Notes under the pieces: generated by a model
The model's database searches: none
Seen by the model: only the letters and a program-made list of their open reading frames with translations
Told to the model about the DNA's origin: nothing
Part shown: positions 29,470 through 40,044 of the stretch, in pieces
Layout of the letters: each line of letters starts with the position of its first letter
Position numbering within the stretch: position 1 is the first letter of the stretch
NCBI GenBank assembly: GCA_963796455.1
Contig: CAWCLO010000010.1
Location: 731,369 to 795,368 of the forward strand
Direction: 5' to 3'
Source: Candidatus Sulfomarinibacteraceae bacterium
GTDB lineage: Bacteria > Acidobacteriota > Thermoanaerobaculia > Thermoanaerobaculales > Sulfomarinibacteraceae
Length of the DNA: 64,000 bases
Translations under genes and position numbers: made by a program

Positions 29470-31443
29470 ATGACGACCCGCACGACAAACGTGACGCCTG
29501 ATCTGCAGGAACGACTGCGTTTCGAGACGATGCTCTCGGACCTTTCGTCGCGGTTCGTCAATTTCGAGCCGGGCGATGTGGATCGCGAAATCGAGCAGGC
29601 TCAGCGGCGAGTCTGCGAGTGCCTGGACCTGGACATCGCAGCGCTCTGGCAGCTTTCGCCCGACGAGCCCGGTGTCATGAGAATGACCCACATCTACCGC
29701 AGATTTGACGGGCCGCCGGTTCCCGAGGATTTCGATGCGCGGGAGTACAACCCGTGGGCGATCGGACGGGTGTTTTCGGGAGACGTGGTCGCGCTTCCAC
29801 GGATCGAAGACTCGCCGGGCGAGGCGGCGGTGGATCGAGAGACCTGGCGGTACTTCGACATCAAATCGGTGTATCTCTTTCCGCTTGCCACCGGGGGAGT
29901 ACCGGTCTTCGGCGCCATGAGCTTTCACGCCGTCCGCAACGAGGCTCGGTACTCCGACGACATCGTTCAGAGGCTGCAGCTGGTCTGTCAGATCTTCTCC
30001 AACGCCCTGCTCAGGAAACGTTCGGACGCCGCATTGCGGGAGAGCCAGGAACGGCTGGAGCTGGCGGCGGACGCCGGTGAGGTCGGAATCTGGGTGCTCG
30101 AGCTCGAGCATCGGCGGTTCTGGGCCACCCACCGGGCACGAGAGATCTTCGGCTACGAGGCGGATTTAGAAATCACCTTCGAACGGTTCATGGATTCGCT
30201 GCACCCAAGATGCCGGGAGACCGTCGCCGAGGCCGTGCGGCGGTCGGTCGAAGAGGGGCACGAGATCGATATCGAGTACCGGATCGTGCACGCCGGTGGC
30301 GGCGAGCGATGGGTCCATTCGCGAGGGAGGATGCAGGGGCCGTCGGCCACCGCGCCCGAGCGAATACTCGGTGCGACGATCGACATCACCACGCAGAAAC
30401 GGGCGTTCAAAGAGGTTCAGAGACTCCGGGATCAGCTCGAGCTCGAGAACGCCTATCTCAAGCGTGAACACCGGCTTCAGCACGGACAGGGTCGGATCGT
30501 CGGCGAGAGTCCGGCCATTTTGGAACTCCTCGAGGTGGTCGAGCAGGTGGCTCCGGAGAAGACGACCGTCCTGATCGAGGGCGAGACCGGAACCGGCAAG
30601 GAGTTGATTGCCCAACGGCTTCATGAATTGAGCGCCCAGCATGACCGGCCCATGGTCAAGGTCAACTGCGCCGCGTTGCCCTCGACCCTGGTCGAAAGCG
30701 AGCTCTTCGGACGTGAAAAGGGCGCATACACCGGGGCCATTTCGCGGGAACCCGGGCGCTTCGAGGTGGCCAACGGTTCAACACTCTTTCTCGACGAAAT
30801 CGCCGAGTTGCCATTCCAACTCCAGGCAAAGCTGCTCCGCGTGCTCGAGGAGGGTCAATACGAACGGGTGGGCAGCTCACGGACGCTGACGACCGACGTC
30901 CGGGTGATCGCCGCCACCAACCGAGACCTCGAGGCCGAGGTGAAAGCGGGACGTTTCCGTCAAGACCTCTTCTTCCGTCTCGCTGTCTTTCCCATCACGG
31001 TACCGCCGCTGCGTGAGCGCAGGGGCGACGTGCCCCTCCTCGTCTGGTCGATCGTTCAGGAGCTCAGCGTCGGCATGAACAAGTCGGTTGAGACCATCCG
31101 GCGGCAGGACATGGAGAGGCTCCAGGGCTATGGCTGGCCGGGCAACGTGCGAGAGCTTCGCAATGTGGTCGAACGCGCGATGATTCTCTGCACCGGGCCG
31201 GTTTTGCGGGTCCAGCCGCCGTCCGGTTCGGCGGGCGAAGCCGGCGACGAAGGTGGGCCGCTTTCCATGGATGAGGTCCAGCGGCGTCACATCCTCAAGG
31301 TGCTCGAGATGGCTGGGGGGCAAATCCGCGGCTCCGGTGGAGCAGCCGAGATGTTGGGTCTCAAACCCACCACCCTGCGGTCGAGGATGCAGCGACTCGG
31401 GATCGACCCACGACGATTGCGGGACGACCGATCGTCCATGTGA
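29470..31443 (+). CDS. Sigma54-dependent activator, FhlA-like (GAF-PAS-AAA-HTH)
   Basis: [57 protein letters not shown]. Confidence 0.95.
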   Translation: MTTRTTNVTPDLQERLRFETMLSDLSSRFVNFEPGDVDREIEQAQRRVCECLDLDIAALWQLSPDEPGVMRMTHIYRRFDGPPVPEDFDAREYNPWAIGRVFSGDVVALPRIEDSPGEAAVDRETWRYFDIKSVYLFPLATGGVPVFGAMSFHAVRNEARYSDDIVQRLQLVCQIFSNALLRKRSDAALRESQERLELAADAGEVGIWVLELEHRRFWATHRAREIFGYEADLEITFERFMDSLHPRCRETVAEAVRRSVEEGHEIDIEYRIVHAGGGERWVHSRGRMQGPSATAPERILGATIDITTQKRAFKEVQRLRDQLELENAYLKREHRLQHGQGRIVGESPAILELLEVVEQVAPEKTTVLIEGETGTGKELIAQRLHELSAQHDRPMVKVNCAALPSTLVESELFGREKGAYTGAISREPGRFEVANGSTLFLDEIAELPFQLQAKLLRVLEEGQYERVGSSRTLTTDVRVIAATNRDLEAEVKAGRFRQDLFFRLAVFPITVPPLRERRGDVPLLVWSIVQELSVGMNKSVETIRRQDMERLQGYGWPGNVRELRNVVERAMILCTGPVLRVQPPSGSAGEAGDEGGPLSMDEVQRRHILKVLEMAGGQIRGSGGAAEMLGLKPTTLRSRMQRLGIDPRRLRDDRSSM

Positions 31444-31455
31444 CGATATTTCGTC
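31442..31455. promoter_or_regulatory. Candidate upstream activator site
   Basis: Palindrome GACGA-tatt-TCGTC about 100 bp upstream of the -24/-12 promoter. Confidence 0.4.
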
Positions 31456-31554
31456 TCCGGCGAGGCACCCTTTTCGGAATCGTTGTCTGAATTGACGGCA
31501 TCGATTCCCCAAAAACCCAACAACAACACAACAAACCCGATGGGCACGACGTGG

Positions 31555-31570
31555 TGGCACGCGTTGTGCA
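31555..31570 (+). promoter_or_regulatory. Sigma54 (-24/-12) promoter
   Basis: TGGCACGCGTTGTGCA = GG-N10-GC, directly downstream of the activator gene. Confidence 0.85.
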
Positions 31571-31673
31571 ATCCGCTTCGTCATCTTGACCCGTGGCCCG
31601 GGAGACGAATGGTTCGCATTCGGACCCTGTCCGAAGGGCTCGGGCCGATTCGAAACATCATAAGGAGGCAACG

Positions 31674-32511
31674 ATGTTGAGTTCAGATTCGTGGTTTGCT
31701 CGAGGAAAACCCGCAGTCCGGACGATGGCGGGCATCGGAGGTATCGCGATGGTCCTGGCCGTCGTGCTCGCTTCGGCGGCGCCGGTCGCCGCGGGCGAGG
31801 GCCAGACGGCCGGAAAATGGGGTGGTCCCATCGACCCCGAGGCCTTGCAGATTCTCAAAGGCATGACGGATTACATGGGCAGCCTGCAAAAGTTTTCCAT
31901 GCACACCGAGAACACCTACGAGGACGTTCTGGCGACCGGCCAGAAGATTCAGTTCCAGTTCTCCTCGAGCATCGTCGCCCAACGGCCCAACAAGATTCGC
32001 GCGAAACGCTCGGACGGAATGGTGAAGACGCTTTTTGTATACGACGGTGAGACGCTTCACCATGTACGACGGAGGGAGCGACTTCTATTCATTCATCGCT
32101 GTTCCGGACAACATCGATGATTTCCTGCATTTCGCCCGCGATACGCTGGATCTCGTTCCGCCGGCGGGAGACATGGTTTTCACCAACGCCTTCGAGTTGC
32201 TGACCGCCTCCGTCACTTCGGGTTTTGTGGTTGGCCCGGCGGTCATCGACGGCGTCAGCTGCCACCATCTCGCCTTCACGACGCCGGTCGTTGATTGGCA
32301 GGTTTGGATCGCCGACGGCGACCAACCGCTCCCCTACAAGTATGTGCTGACCACCAGGGACGATCCGGCTCAGCCGCAGTTCGTGACCATGATCAGCAAC
32401 TGGAATACCGAGCCGAAGATCGACGCAAAAACCTTCGAGTTCGAGGCACCGGAGACCGCGATGGAGATCGATTTCGTCCTCGCCGGGGCCGGCGCCGCGG
32501 CGGCTCAGTGA
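31674..32511 (+). CDS. DUF2092 domain periplasmic protein; apparent frameshift near 32060
   Basis: ILKGMTDYM, GQKIQF, RPNKIRA, YDG, CHHLAF...DWQVWI, P.KYVLT, PQF. Confidence 0.85.
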
Positions 32512-32530
32512 ACGGAGAGGGAGGTACATC

Positions 32531-32977
32531 ATGAAGTTATTTGTCAGGATCCTCGGGGTAGCAGCAGTTTTTGCTCTCCTTTTCGTTTTCGATATCATTT
32601 CTCTTGGCCTCGTACCCGAGGCTGACGCGATCGCCGGTGTTCGGCGCAGGACGGCCCGCCGGACCGCCGTCGTAGTAGGAAGCGCTTCCGCCTCACAGAA
32701 CGCCGCCGCCCAACAGCAGGTCGCCACCGCCAATGCGGAGACTGCGGCCGCCCAACAGGAGGCTGCCGCAGCCAACGCCGAGGCTGAGGCCTATAAGCAA
32801 CAGGCCGCGGCCACTCAACAACAGGCTGCCGCACCGGCGCCCGCGCCGACGGCGATGGTCGCCTCACTGCCGGCAGGTTGTGTTTCGGCAGGCGCCGTCT
32901 TCCAATGCGGAAACGTCTACTACAAGCCCTTTATGTCGGGCTCCCAGGTTGTCTACGGCGTCGTACCGGGACCGTAG
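32531..32977 (+). CDS. Small secreted hypothetical protein with AGVRRRTARRT motif
   Basis: Signal peptide (ADA), Arg motif, Ala/Gln coiled coil, C-terminal LPAGC...QCGNVYYKP. Confidence 0.8.
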   Translation: MKLFVRILGVAAVFALLFVFDIISLGLVPEADAIAGVRRRTARRTAVVVGSASASQNAAAQQQVATANAETAAAQQEAAAANAEAEAYKQQAAATQQQAAAPAPAPTAMVASLPAGCVSAGAVFQCGNVYYKPFMSGSQVVYGVVPGP

Positions 32978-33054
32978 GAGCTCCGGGAACACGCGGATTC
33001 GGGTTCGTCATTTGCTTTCGGTACGACACGAGATGACAACGGGAGGAGTGTGCC

Positions 33055-33879
33055 GTGTTTTCAAATAGAGAAACGCTGTCGATTTCGACAGGCTGTCGCC
33101 CAAGTGCCCTTTTGCTTCCCACCGCGCTGATGGTGGTGATGGCTCTTGGGGCGGTCGGTGCGGGTGCTGAGGAACCGCTCGACGATGCGTATTTGATCCT
33201 CAGGGCAATGTCAGAGTACGTCGCCGGCCAACAGACCATCGAGCTGACCTTTGACAGCGACATCGAGGTCATCACGCCCGAGCTCGAGAAGATCCAGTTC
33301 ACCAACTCGGGGGGAGCGTTGTTAAGCCGACCGGACAAGCTGTACGCACACCGGGTGGGCGGCTTTTCGGAGGTTGAGCTTTACTTCGATGGCACCACCG
33401 CCGGCATCAACGGCAAGAGCGTCAACGGCTACGTGAAGATCGATGCCGTCGGAACGGTCGACGATCTGATCCACGCGCTCAGGGACGGCCACGGAGTGGC
33501 GCTGCCCGGAGCGGATTTGCTGCTGTCGAACTCGTATGAAGTTCTGATCAAGGATGTCCTCGAAGCCAAGCACCTCGGAACGGGCGTGATCGGTGGGGTG
33601 GAGTGCGAACACCTCGCCTTCCGAAACTTCGAGACCGACTGGCAGCTCTGGGTGGAGGTCGGTGACCGACCGATCCCCCGCAAAATGGTGATCACCAGCA
33701 AAACCGTGAACAGCGCGCCGCAGTACACCATTCGCATTACCGGTTGGAACACCGACGTCGAGCCGAACGCGGACGCGTTTTCGTTCACCCCACCGGAAGG
33801 TGCGGAAGAACTCCACCCGCACGCGCTCATCGACCTCGATGAGCTGCCGCAAGAGCTCCCGATTGGAGGCAAGCAATGA
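33055..33879 (+). CDS. DUF2092 domain periplasmic protein
   Basis: ILRAMSEYV, EKIQF, RPDKL, LPGADLL, CEHLAFR...DWQLWV, P.KMVITSK, PQY. Confidence 0.9.
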   Translation: MFSNRETLSISTGCRPSALLLPTALMVVMALGAVGAGAEEPLDDAYLILRAMSEYVAGQQTIELTFDSDIEVITPELEKIQFTNSGGALLSRPDKLYAHRVGGFSEVELYFDGTTAGINGKSVNGYVKIDAVGTVDDLIHALRDGHGVALPGADLLLSNSYEVLIKDVLEAKHLGTGVIGGVECEHLAFRNFETDWQLWVEVGDRPIPRKMVITSKTVNSAPQYTIRITGWNTDVEPNADAFSFTPPEGAEELHPHALIDLDELPQELPIGGKQ

Positions 33880-34269
33880 AACGCTTTACGAACCGGTGGC
33901 TGATCGTTTTTGGATTCACCGCAGTCGGATTGATTTGTTTCGGCGCCGCCGTCGCTGAGGCACGAGGTTACGCGGGGGTCGCCCGCCGGAGCACCGTGGG
34001 CGCCGGAGCACCCGGGGCCGGAGTCGCGAACGCCGGGTGTGGGAGCACCCGGAGTAGGTGCGACGCCGGGTGTCGGTGTGGGAGCCCCGGGTGCGGGAGC
34101 GGCCCCTGGTGTCGGAACTCCCGGCGTCGGAGCGGGAGCTCCTGGCGCGGGAGCGGCCCCTGGTGTCGGAACTCCCGGCGCTGGAGCGGGCGCCCCGGGT
34201 GTAGGCGTCACACCCACGGCCGGTGTGAACGCCGGTGGACCGGTCAACCGGGTCGGGGTGCGGCGCTGA
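33876..34269 (+). CDS. Secreted Gly/Pro/Ala/Val-rich repeat protein; apparent frameshift near 34030
   Basis: Signal (AEA), RGYAGVARRST, many xPGVG/xPGAG units, ends NAGGPVNRVGVRR; 34-bp perfect DNA repeat at 34093 and 34147. Confidence 0.75.
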
Positions 34270-34287
34270 GGCAGGAGAGCTGAAGCT

Positions 34288-35463
34288 ATGACCGATCGAG
34301 GCACAGGACCCCCGGAACCCGATCTCGAGGCGTTGTTCGCTCTGGGTGGAGGCCGGGTTACCCGGGGATTGGAGCGGCTGCAGCTTGCACGCGATGCCCG
34401 ACTTCGTGTAGGGCGGATAGCGCTGTTGTTGGCGGCTGCCACGTGGCTTCCTCTGCTGGTCCTGGCGGCCATCGAAGGTGTCGCCTGGGGCAACGCGGTG
34501 CAAGTGCCTCTGGTGCGTGATTACCTGCCCTATGGGCAGCTTCTGATCGCGATTCCGGTCCTCGTTCTCGGCGAGCTCATCGTCGGGCGCAACCTCTTGC
34601 GTGCGGTGACGGAACTGCGGACCTCCGAGGTCCTCGATACGAAGGACTCACCGATGCTGGAAGAGGTCCTTGCGACGACGGTCCAGCGCTGGCGCGGTCG
34701 AAGCGTCAACGTCGTGTTGATATTCTTGACCTGTGCCGCCAGCGTGGTTTCGTTGTGGGGTGCGAAGGAATGGCTCACCGGCGGGTGGCAGGTAGCCGGG
34801 GACGAAATGACGGTGGCGGGGTGGTGGTACATGCTGGTCAGTCTGCCGGTGATGCGCTTCCTGGCCCTGCGTTGGTTGTGGCGGATGCTGCTGTGGGCGT
34901 GGGTATTGTGGAAGGTCTCACGCCTCGAGCTGCATCCACGGCCCGCCCATCCCGACCGCGCGGGTGGGCTTGCCTTTCTGGGAGGGACGCAGGCGGCTTT
35001 CGGAATCGTCGTCTTCGCATTCGGGGTGCAGCTTTCGTGCCTTGCGGCCGATGCGGTGCATTTCCGGGGAGCGGAACTGACAGCCTTCCGCGGGGAGATG
35101 ATTGCCTTTGTCGTGATCGCGGTGATGGCGTTACTGCTGCCGTTGGTGGTCTTCGCACCGAAGCTTGTCCGGGCGCGCGAGGAGTATCTGCTTTTTTTGA
35201 GTGGCAGCGCCCACCGCGGGGCGGGCGACCTTGAGCGGAAATTGCGTTCGAATCAAGACGGAGAGCTGCCGGCGGATGCGGTTTCGGGGCTCTCCGATTT
35301 CGGCACCCTGTACGAGAACGCCCGCCTCATGAGACCGGTGCCGATGGAGATGCAGCACGTGCTGGGATTGGTGTTGGCTGCGGCGGTGCCTTTCCTGCCT
35401 CTGGTCTTCCTGGTCATGCCGGCGCGCGAGGTGTTGCGCACCTTGGCAAGGTTGCTCATATGA
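34288..35463 (+). CDS. Hypothetical multi-pass membrane protein
   Basis: About 7 hydrophobic segments; motif HPDRAGGLAFL. Confidence 0.8.
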   Translation: MTDRGTGPPEPDLEALFALGGGRVTRGLERLQLARDARLRVGRIALLLAAATWLPLLVLAAIEGVAWGNAVQVPLVRDYLPYGQLLIAIPVLVLGELIVGRNLLRAVTELRTSEVLDTKDSPMLEEVLATTVQRWRGRSVNVVLIFLTCAASVVSLWGAKEWLTGGWQVAGDEMTVAGWWYMLVSLPVMRFLALRWLWRMLLWAWVLWKVSRLELHPRPAHPDRAGGLAFLGGTQAAFGIVVFAFGVQLSCLAADAVHFRGAELTAFRGEMIAFVVIAVMALLLPLVVFAPKLVRAREEYLLFLSGSAHRGAGDLERKLRSNQDGELPADAVSGLSDFGTLYENARLMRPVPMEMQHVLGLVLAAAVPFLPLVFLVMPAREVLRTLARLLI

Positions 35464-35536
35464 CGGGCACGAACCGTGCTCCGGGAACGATTCCGCTTCG
35501 ATCGACCGATTTTGATGATTTCGAGGAGGTACGGAA

Positions 35537-36299
35537 ATGAAGACCAGGTTGCTTGCGGCTTTGTTCGCCGCAGTCTTTGTCATTTTGGCCGCGCCCCAGG
35601 CGGCGGCCCAATCGAGCTCGAATGAATGGCAGTTCGCCATCGCGCCTTATGTGTGGTTGGCGGGTATGGACGGCTCCCTGACCATCGGGGGGCACGAGGC
35701 GGGAGATGGCAGTGTCGACTTCGACAACATCATCGACAGCCTGGACTTCGCCTTCATGGGTCACTTCGACATGCGGAACGAGCACTGGGTGATTTCGTCG
35801 GATCTCCTATTCATGGATCTGGGTGGAAGCAGGGATTACACCGAAGGAGATGACATCGACGGCACGGTGTCGGCGGGCTTCGACGCGACCCTCTTCGAGC
35901 TCGTCGGCGGCTACCGCGTTTCGCCGGCTGTGACCCTCCTCGCCGGCGCCCGCTTTGTCGACATGGGCGTGAGCATCGCCTGGGACGGAACCCTGGAGGA
36001 CCGGCGACTCGATGCGAACAAGAGTTTTGTTGATCCGCTTGGTGGGCGTGCACGTTTTTGCGCCCCTCTCGGAGAAATGGTGGTTCGGCTTCCGTGGAGA
36101 CGTGGGTGGCTTCGGCGTGGGCTCGGAGCTGACCTGGCAGGCCTACGCCGACATCGGATTCCGGATCTCGCACGTCGTGTCCATTCTGGCCGGCTACCAC
36201 GTTCTCGACATGGACTACGAATCCGGGGTGGATGTGGTCACTGTCGACCTCAACGTGATGGTCTCGGGTCCGCAGCTCGCCGTGGCCTTTACCTTCTGA
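35537..36299 (+). CDS. Outer membrane beta-barrel protein; apparent frameshift near 36040
   Basis: WQFAIAPYVWLAGMDG, GDVGGFGVGSELTWQ, ends AFTF. Confidence 0.82.
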
Positions 36300-36339
36300 G
36301 GCCTTTCGGAAGCGCAGAGCAGAAAGGAGGCGCTGCGAC

Positions 36340-36696
36340 ATGCTCACCTTTCGGTTGCACATGGAGTTCACGCCGCACACCTTTGAGGAGGCTGCAGCGG
36401 TTCTCCGCTCCCTCGTCGGGCCGGTTCGGTCCGAGCCCGGTTGCAGCGCAACGAGGCTGTTGAAGGACACCGAGGACGGTTCGAGGCTCACCTGGGTCGA
36501 GGAATGGCGTGCTGTCGAGGACTTCGAGAGGCACCTTCGCGCGGCGGCCTTTCGTCAGATCCTGGCGGTCATCGAGCTGGCTTCCGGTCCGCCTCAGGTC
36601 GAGGTCGACGACGTCAACTCACGGAAAGGATTCGAGATCATCGAGGAGATCCTCGCCCGGCCCAAGACGCAAACCACCGGGTGCGAACCCGGCTGA
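36340..36696 (+). CDS. Antibiotic biosynthesis monooxygenase (ABM)-like protein
   Basis: VRSEPGC, WVEEW...DFERHLR. Confidence 0.8.
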   Translation: MLTFRLHMEFTPHTFEEAAAVLRSLVGPVRSEPGCSATRLLKDTEDGSRLTWVEEWRAVEDFERHLRAAAFRQILAVIELASGPPQVEVDDVNSRKGFEIIEEILARPKTQTTGCEPG

Positions 36697-36804
36697 CATG
36701 ATGACAATAAGTCGAAGAAGAGACCGGAAATGGGAGCATCCCCTTGTTTTCGAACCGGAGCTCCGTCACCGAGGTTTCTTTCATACCGAACAAGGAGGAG
36801 TGGC

Positions 36805-39354
36805 ATGAACATGTTTCGCAGCGTGGATGAGACCGGCAATGGCTGGTGCGTCAAAACGACAACCGTGATCCTGGCCGCTCTTGCCCTCGGCCTCGCCATC
36901 ACGCCAGCAGCCGATGCGCAGCAGATCGAGGGCAAGCCCGGTTCGCCGTCTGCAACCACAACCATCGACGGCAAACAGCTACCGCCACCTCCTGACAAGG
37001 CATTTGGTGGCAAGATCGAGCGCAGCGTCCTTGATTCGATACCCTACTGGCCGCCTCGTGTGGTGCCGCCGAAAGGTGCGCCCAACATTCTTCTGATCAT
37101 GACCGACGACGCGGGTTATGGGGTGTCCGGCACCTTCGGGGGCGTCATCCCCACGCCGGCGATGGACCGCATTGCCGACAACGGTCTCCGTTATACCCAC
37201 TTCCATTCCACATCGGTGTGCTCGCCGACGCGGGCGGCGCTCATCACGGGGCGCAACCATCACCGGGTCGGCTCGGGGATCATCCCGGAATTGTCGAACG
37301 GCTTCCCGGGCTACAACAGCCTCATGACCAAAGACAATGCAACCATCGCCAAAATTCTCAAGGAAAACGGCTACGTGACCTCCTGGTTCGGCAAGAACCA
37401 CAATACGCCGGACCAGGTGACCTCCAGGATCGGGCCGTTTGACCAGTGGCCAACCGGTCTGGGTTTCGAATATTTTTACGGTTTCATGGGCGGTGACACC
37501 AGCCAGTGGCAGCCGGGCAACCTGTACCGCGACACCACTCAAATCCACCCATACGATGACGATCCCGACTTCAACCTGGTCACAGCGATGGCGGACGACG
37601 CGATTGGGTACATGAAGACCGTCGACGCGTTGAGTCCTGATCAGCCCTTCTTTATTTACTATGCGCCCGGCGCAACCCATGCGCCGCATCACCCGACACC
37701 GGAGTGGATCGAAAAGATCAGCGAGATGCACCTTTTCGACGACGGCTGGCACAAACTGCGTGAAACGATTTTCGCCAACCAGCAAGAGCTCGGTGTGATC
37801 CCGGCGGACGCCAAGCTGACGCCGTGGCCCGAGGATCTGATCAAGCAGTGGGACCAGCTCTCAGACGCGGAAAAGAAGCTATTCATCAGACAGGCGGATG
37901 TGTTCGCCGCCTACGTGGCCTACACCGACCATGAAATCGGCCGCGTGATACAAACGGTCGAAGACCTGGGCAAGCTCGACAACACCCTGATCATCTATAT
38001 CACCGGCGACAACGGCACCAGCTCGGAAGGTGGGCCGACCGGCACGCCGAACGAAGTCGCATCGGTCCAAGGCGTGCATCTCCCGGTGGAAGCGCAAATG
38101 CAGTTCTATGACGTGTGGGGCTCGGACAGGACCTACCCGCACATGTCGGTGGGCTGGACCTGGGCCTTTGGCACGCCGTTCTCGTGGACCAAGATGGTGA
38201 GTTCGCATTTCGGCGGTACCAAACAGGGTATGGCCATCTCCTGGCCGAAGGTCATCAAGGACAAGGGCGGAATCCGCAACCAGTTCCATCATGTCGTTGA
38301 CATTGCGCCGACCCTTCTCGAAGTGACCGGAATTCCTCTGCCCGAGGTGGTTGATGGCATCAAGCAGAACCCAATGGACGGCGTCAGCATGGCCTATACC
38401 TTCGATGAGACGAACGTGGATGCGCCGTCTGAGCACACAACCCAATACTTCGAAATCGGCGGCGATCACGCGATCTACCACGATGGCTGGATCCTCAGCA
38501 CCAAGGTCGTGCGTGTGCCGTGGGACAACAGTGGAACGGCCGACAAACATCCTGAAACGTGGCCGTGGGAGCTTTATGATCTGAGCAAGGACTGGACCCA
38601 ATACAACGACGTGGCTGATCAGTATCCTGAGAAGGTCGAAGAACTGGAGAAAATGTTCTGGGAGGAAGCCGATCGAAACCAGGTGTTGCCGATGGATTCC
38701 ACCACCTTCACCCGTTCGCTCCTGCCCCGGCCGAACCTGGCGGCCGGTCGTACTGTGTTCAACTATTCCGGTGAGGTCACCGGCACGCCGAACGGCAACG
38801 CGCCAAATATCCTGGCCTCCTCCTACAACATCAAGGCCGAGGTCGAGATCCCCGACGGTGGTGCTGAAGGCATGCTGGTGACGCACGGCGGCCGCTTTGC
38901 CGGCTACGGTTTCTATGTGCTGAAAGGCAAACCGGTCTATACGTGGAACCTGGTCGGTCTCAAGCTGGTGAAGTGGGAAGGCCCGGACGTGCTGGCCCCC
39001 GGCAAGCACACGCTCGAGTTCGACTTCAAATACGATGGTTTGGGTGCCGCCACCCTGCAGTATGGAAGTCCCAGCGGTCTGGGCCGCAGCGGAACCGGCT
39101 ACCTGAAGGTTGACGGGAAAGTTGTTGCTGAGCAGAAGATGGAGAAGACCGTCCCCATGCTCCTGCAATGGTGTGAAAGCTTCGACGTGGGCGCCGATAC
39201 CGGCTCACCGGTCGCCGACGAGGATTATCAGGTTCCATTCCGTTTCACCGGCACGCTCGAAAAGCTGACCTTGACCATCGACCGCCCGGAGCTTTCGGAA
39301 GAAGACATCAAGAAGCTTCAGGCAGCCATGCACGCCAATCCGGCGAGCGATTAG
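36805..39354 (+). CDS. Secreted arylsulfatase (Cys-type)
   Basis: PNILLIMTDD, CSPTRAALITGR (CxPxR), GKNH, HAPHH, GDNG; C-terminal beta-sandwich extension. Confidence 0.95.
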   Translation: MNMFRSVDETGNGWCVKTTTVILAALALGLAITPAADAQQIEGKPGSPSATTTIDGKQLPPPPDKAFGGKIERSVLDSIPYWPPRVVPPKGAPNILLIMTDDAGYGVSGTFGGVIPTPAMDRIADNGLRYTHFHSTSVCSPTRAALITGRNHHRVGSGIIPELSNGFPGYNSLMTKDNATIAKILKENGYVTSWFGKNHNTPDQVTSRIGPFDQWPTGLGFEYFYGFMGGDTSQWQPGNLYRDTTQIHPYDDDPDFNLVTAMADDAIGYMKTVDALSPDQPFFIYYAPGATHAPHHPTPEWIEKISEMHLFDDGWHKLRETIFANQQELGVIPADAKLTPWPEDLIKQWDQLSDAEKKLFIRQADVFAAYVAYTDHEIGRVIQTVEDLGKLDNTLIIYITGDNGTSSEGGPTGTPNEVASVQGVHLPVEAQMQFYDVWGSDRTYPHMSVGWTWAFGTPFSWTKMVSSHFGGTKQGMAISWPKVIKDKGGIRNQFHHVVDIAPTLLEVTGIPLPEVVDGIKQNPMDGVSMAYTFDETNVDAPSEHTTQYFEIGGDHAIYHDGWILSTKVVRVPWDNSGTADKHPETWPWELYDLSKDWTQYNDVADQYPEKVEELEKMFWEEADRNQVLPMDSTTFTRSLLPRPNLAAGRTVFNYSGEVTGTPNGNAPNILASSYNIKAEVEIPDGGAEGMLVTHGGRFAGYGFYVLKGKPVYTWNLVGLKLVKWEGPDVLAPGKHTLEFDFKYDGLGAATLQYGSPSGLGRSGTGYLKVDGKVVAEQKMEKTVPMLLQWCESFDVGADTGSPVADEDYQVPFRFTGTLEKLTLTIDRPELSEEDIKKLQAAMHANPASD

Positions 39355-39378
39355 GGGCTGATCGAACGGAGGTGATTT

Positions 39379-40002
39379 ATGTGGGGTGAGCGCGTGAATA
39401 TGACGTCATGCCGGTTGCCTCCGATTGATCTGGAGGGCTGGCGGCGCGGCGCCTTGGTGCTGCTCATGTTCCTGGTGGTGTGCGCCGCCGTGCCTCTCGT
39501 GGACGCGACGGAGACCAAACGATCGCGGGCCGACGACGACGTGAGTGCGGAGAAAGCCGGCGAAACCAACCAGAAGGAGGAGAAGGACGAGAAGGCTGAC
39601 GGCGAGAAAAAAGGGCCGCCCTTCATCGCCATTCCGATCTTCATCACCGAACCGGCAATCGGGTACGGCCTGGGCGGAGCCGTAGGGTACTTCCACAAAA
39701 AGAAGCATGCGACCGAATCGGGGAAGGAATCACACCCCCCGGCATTCACAGCGGAAACCGCCGCCAATGTGGGCAAGCACCAGAAAGTTCCGCCCACCAT
39801 CACCGGATTTGGCGGCGCGTACACCGAGAATGGGACCTGGGGCGCCGCCCTCGCCCACACGGCATCGTGGAAGAAGGACAAGATCCGATATACCGGTGCG
39901 ATCGGCTACGCCCACGTGGTTTCCACCGTCTACTTGGGGGATCAGCCCTACGACTTCAAGCTCGACACCGTCCTTTATGTCGTGATGGGACACAAATGGT
40001 GA
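39379..40002 (+). pseudogene. Short BamA/TamA-like barrel gene, probably internally deleted
   Basis: IPIFITEPAIGYGLGG N-terminal motif, only 207 aa, jumps to a terminal-strand-like LYVVMGHKW*. Confidence 0.5.
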
Positions 40003-40044
40003 TGCCGGAATTCGAAGATCATGAGTGAAACACGGAGGTAGACG

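Noticed and set aside
32630..32670. RR motif as a Tat signal
   Set aside because: The arginines follow the hydrophobic region and cleavage site rather than preceding them
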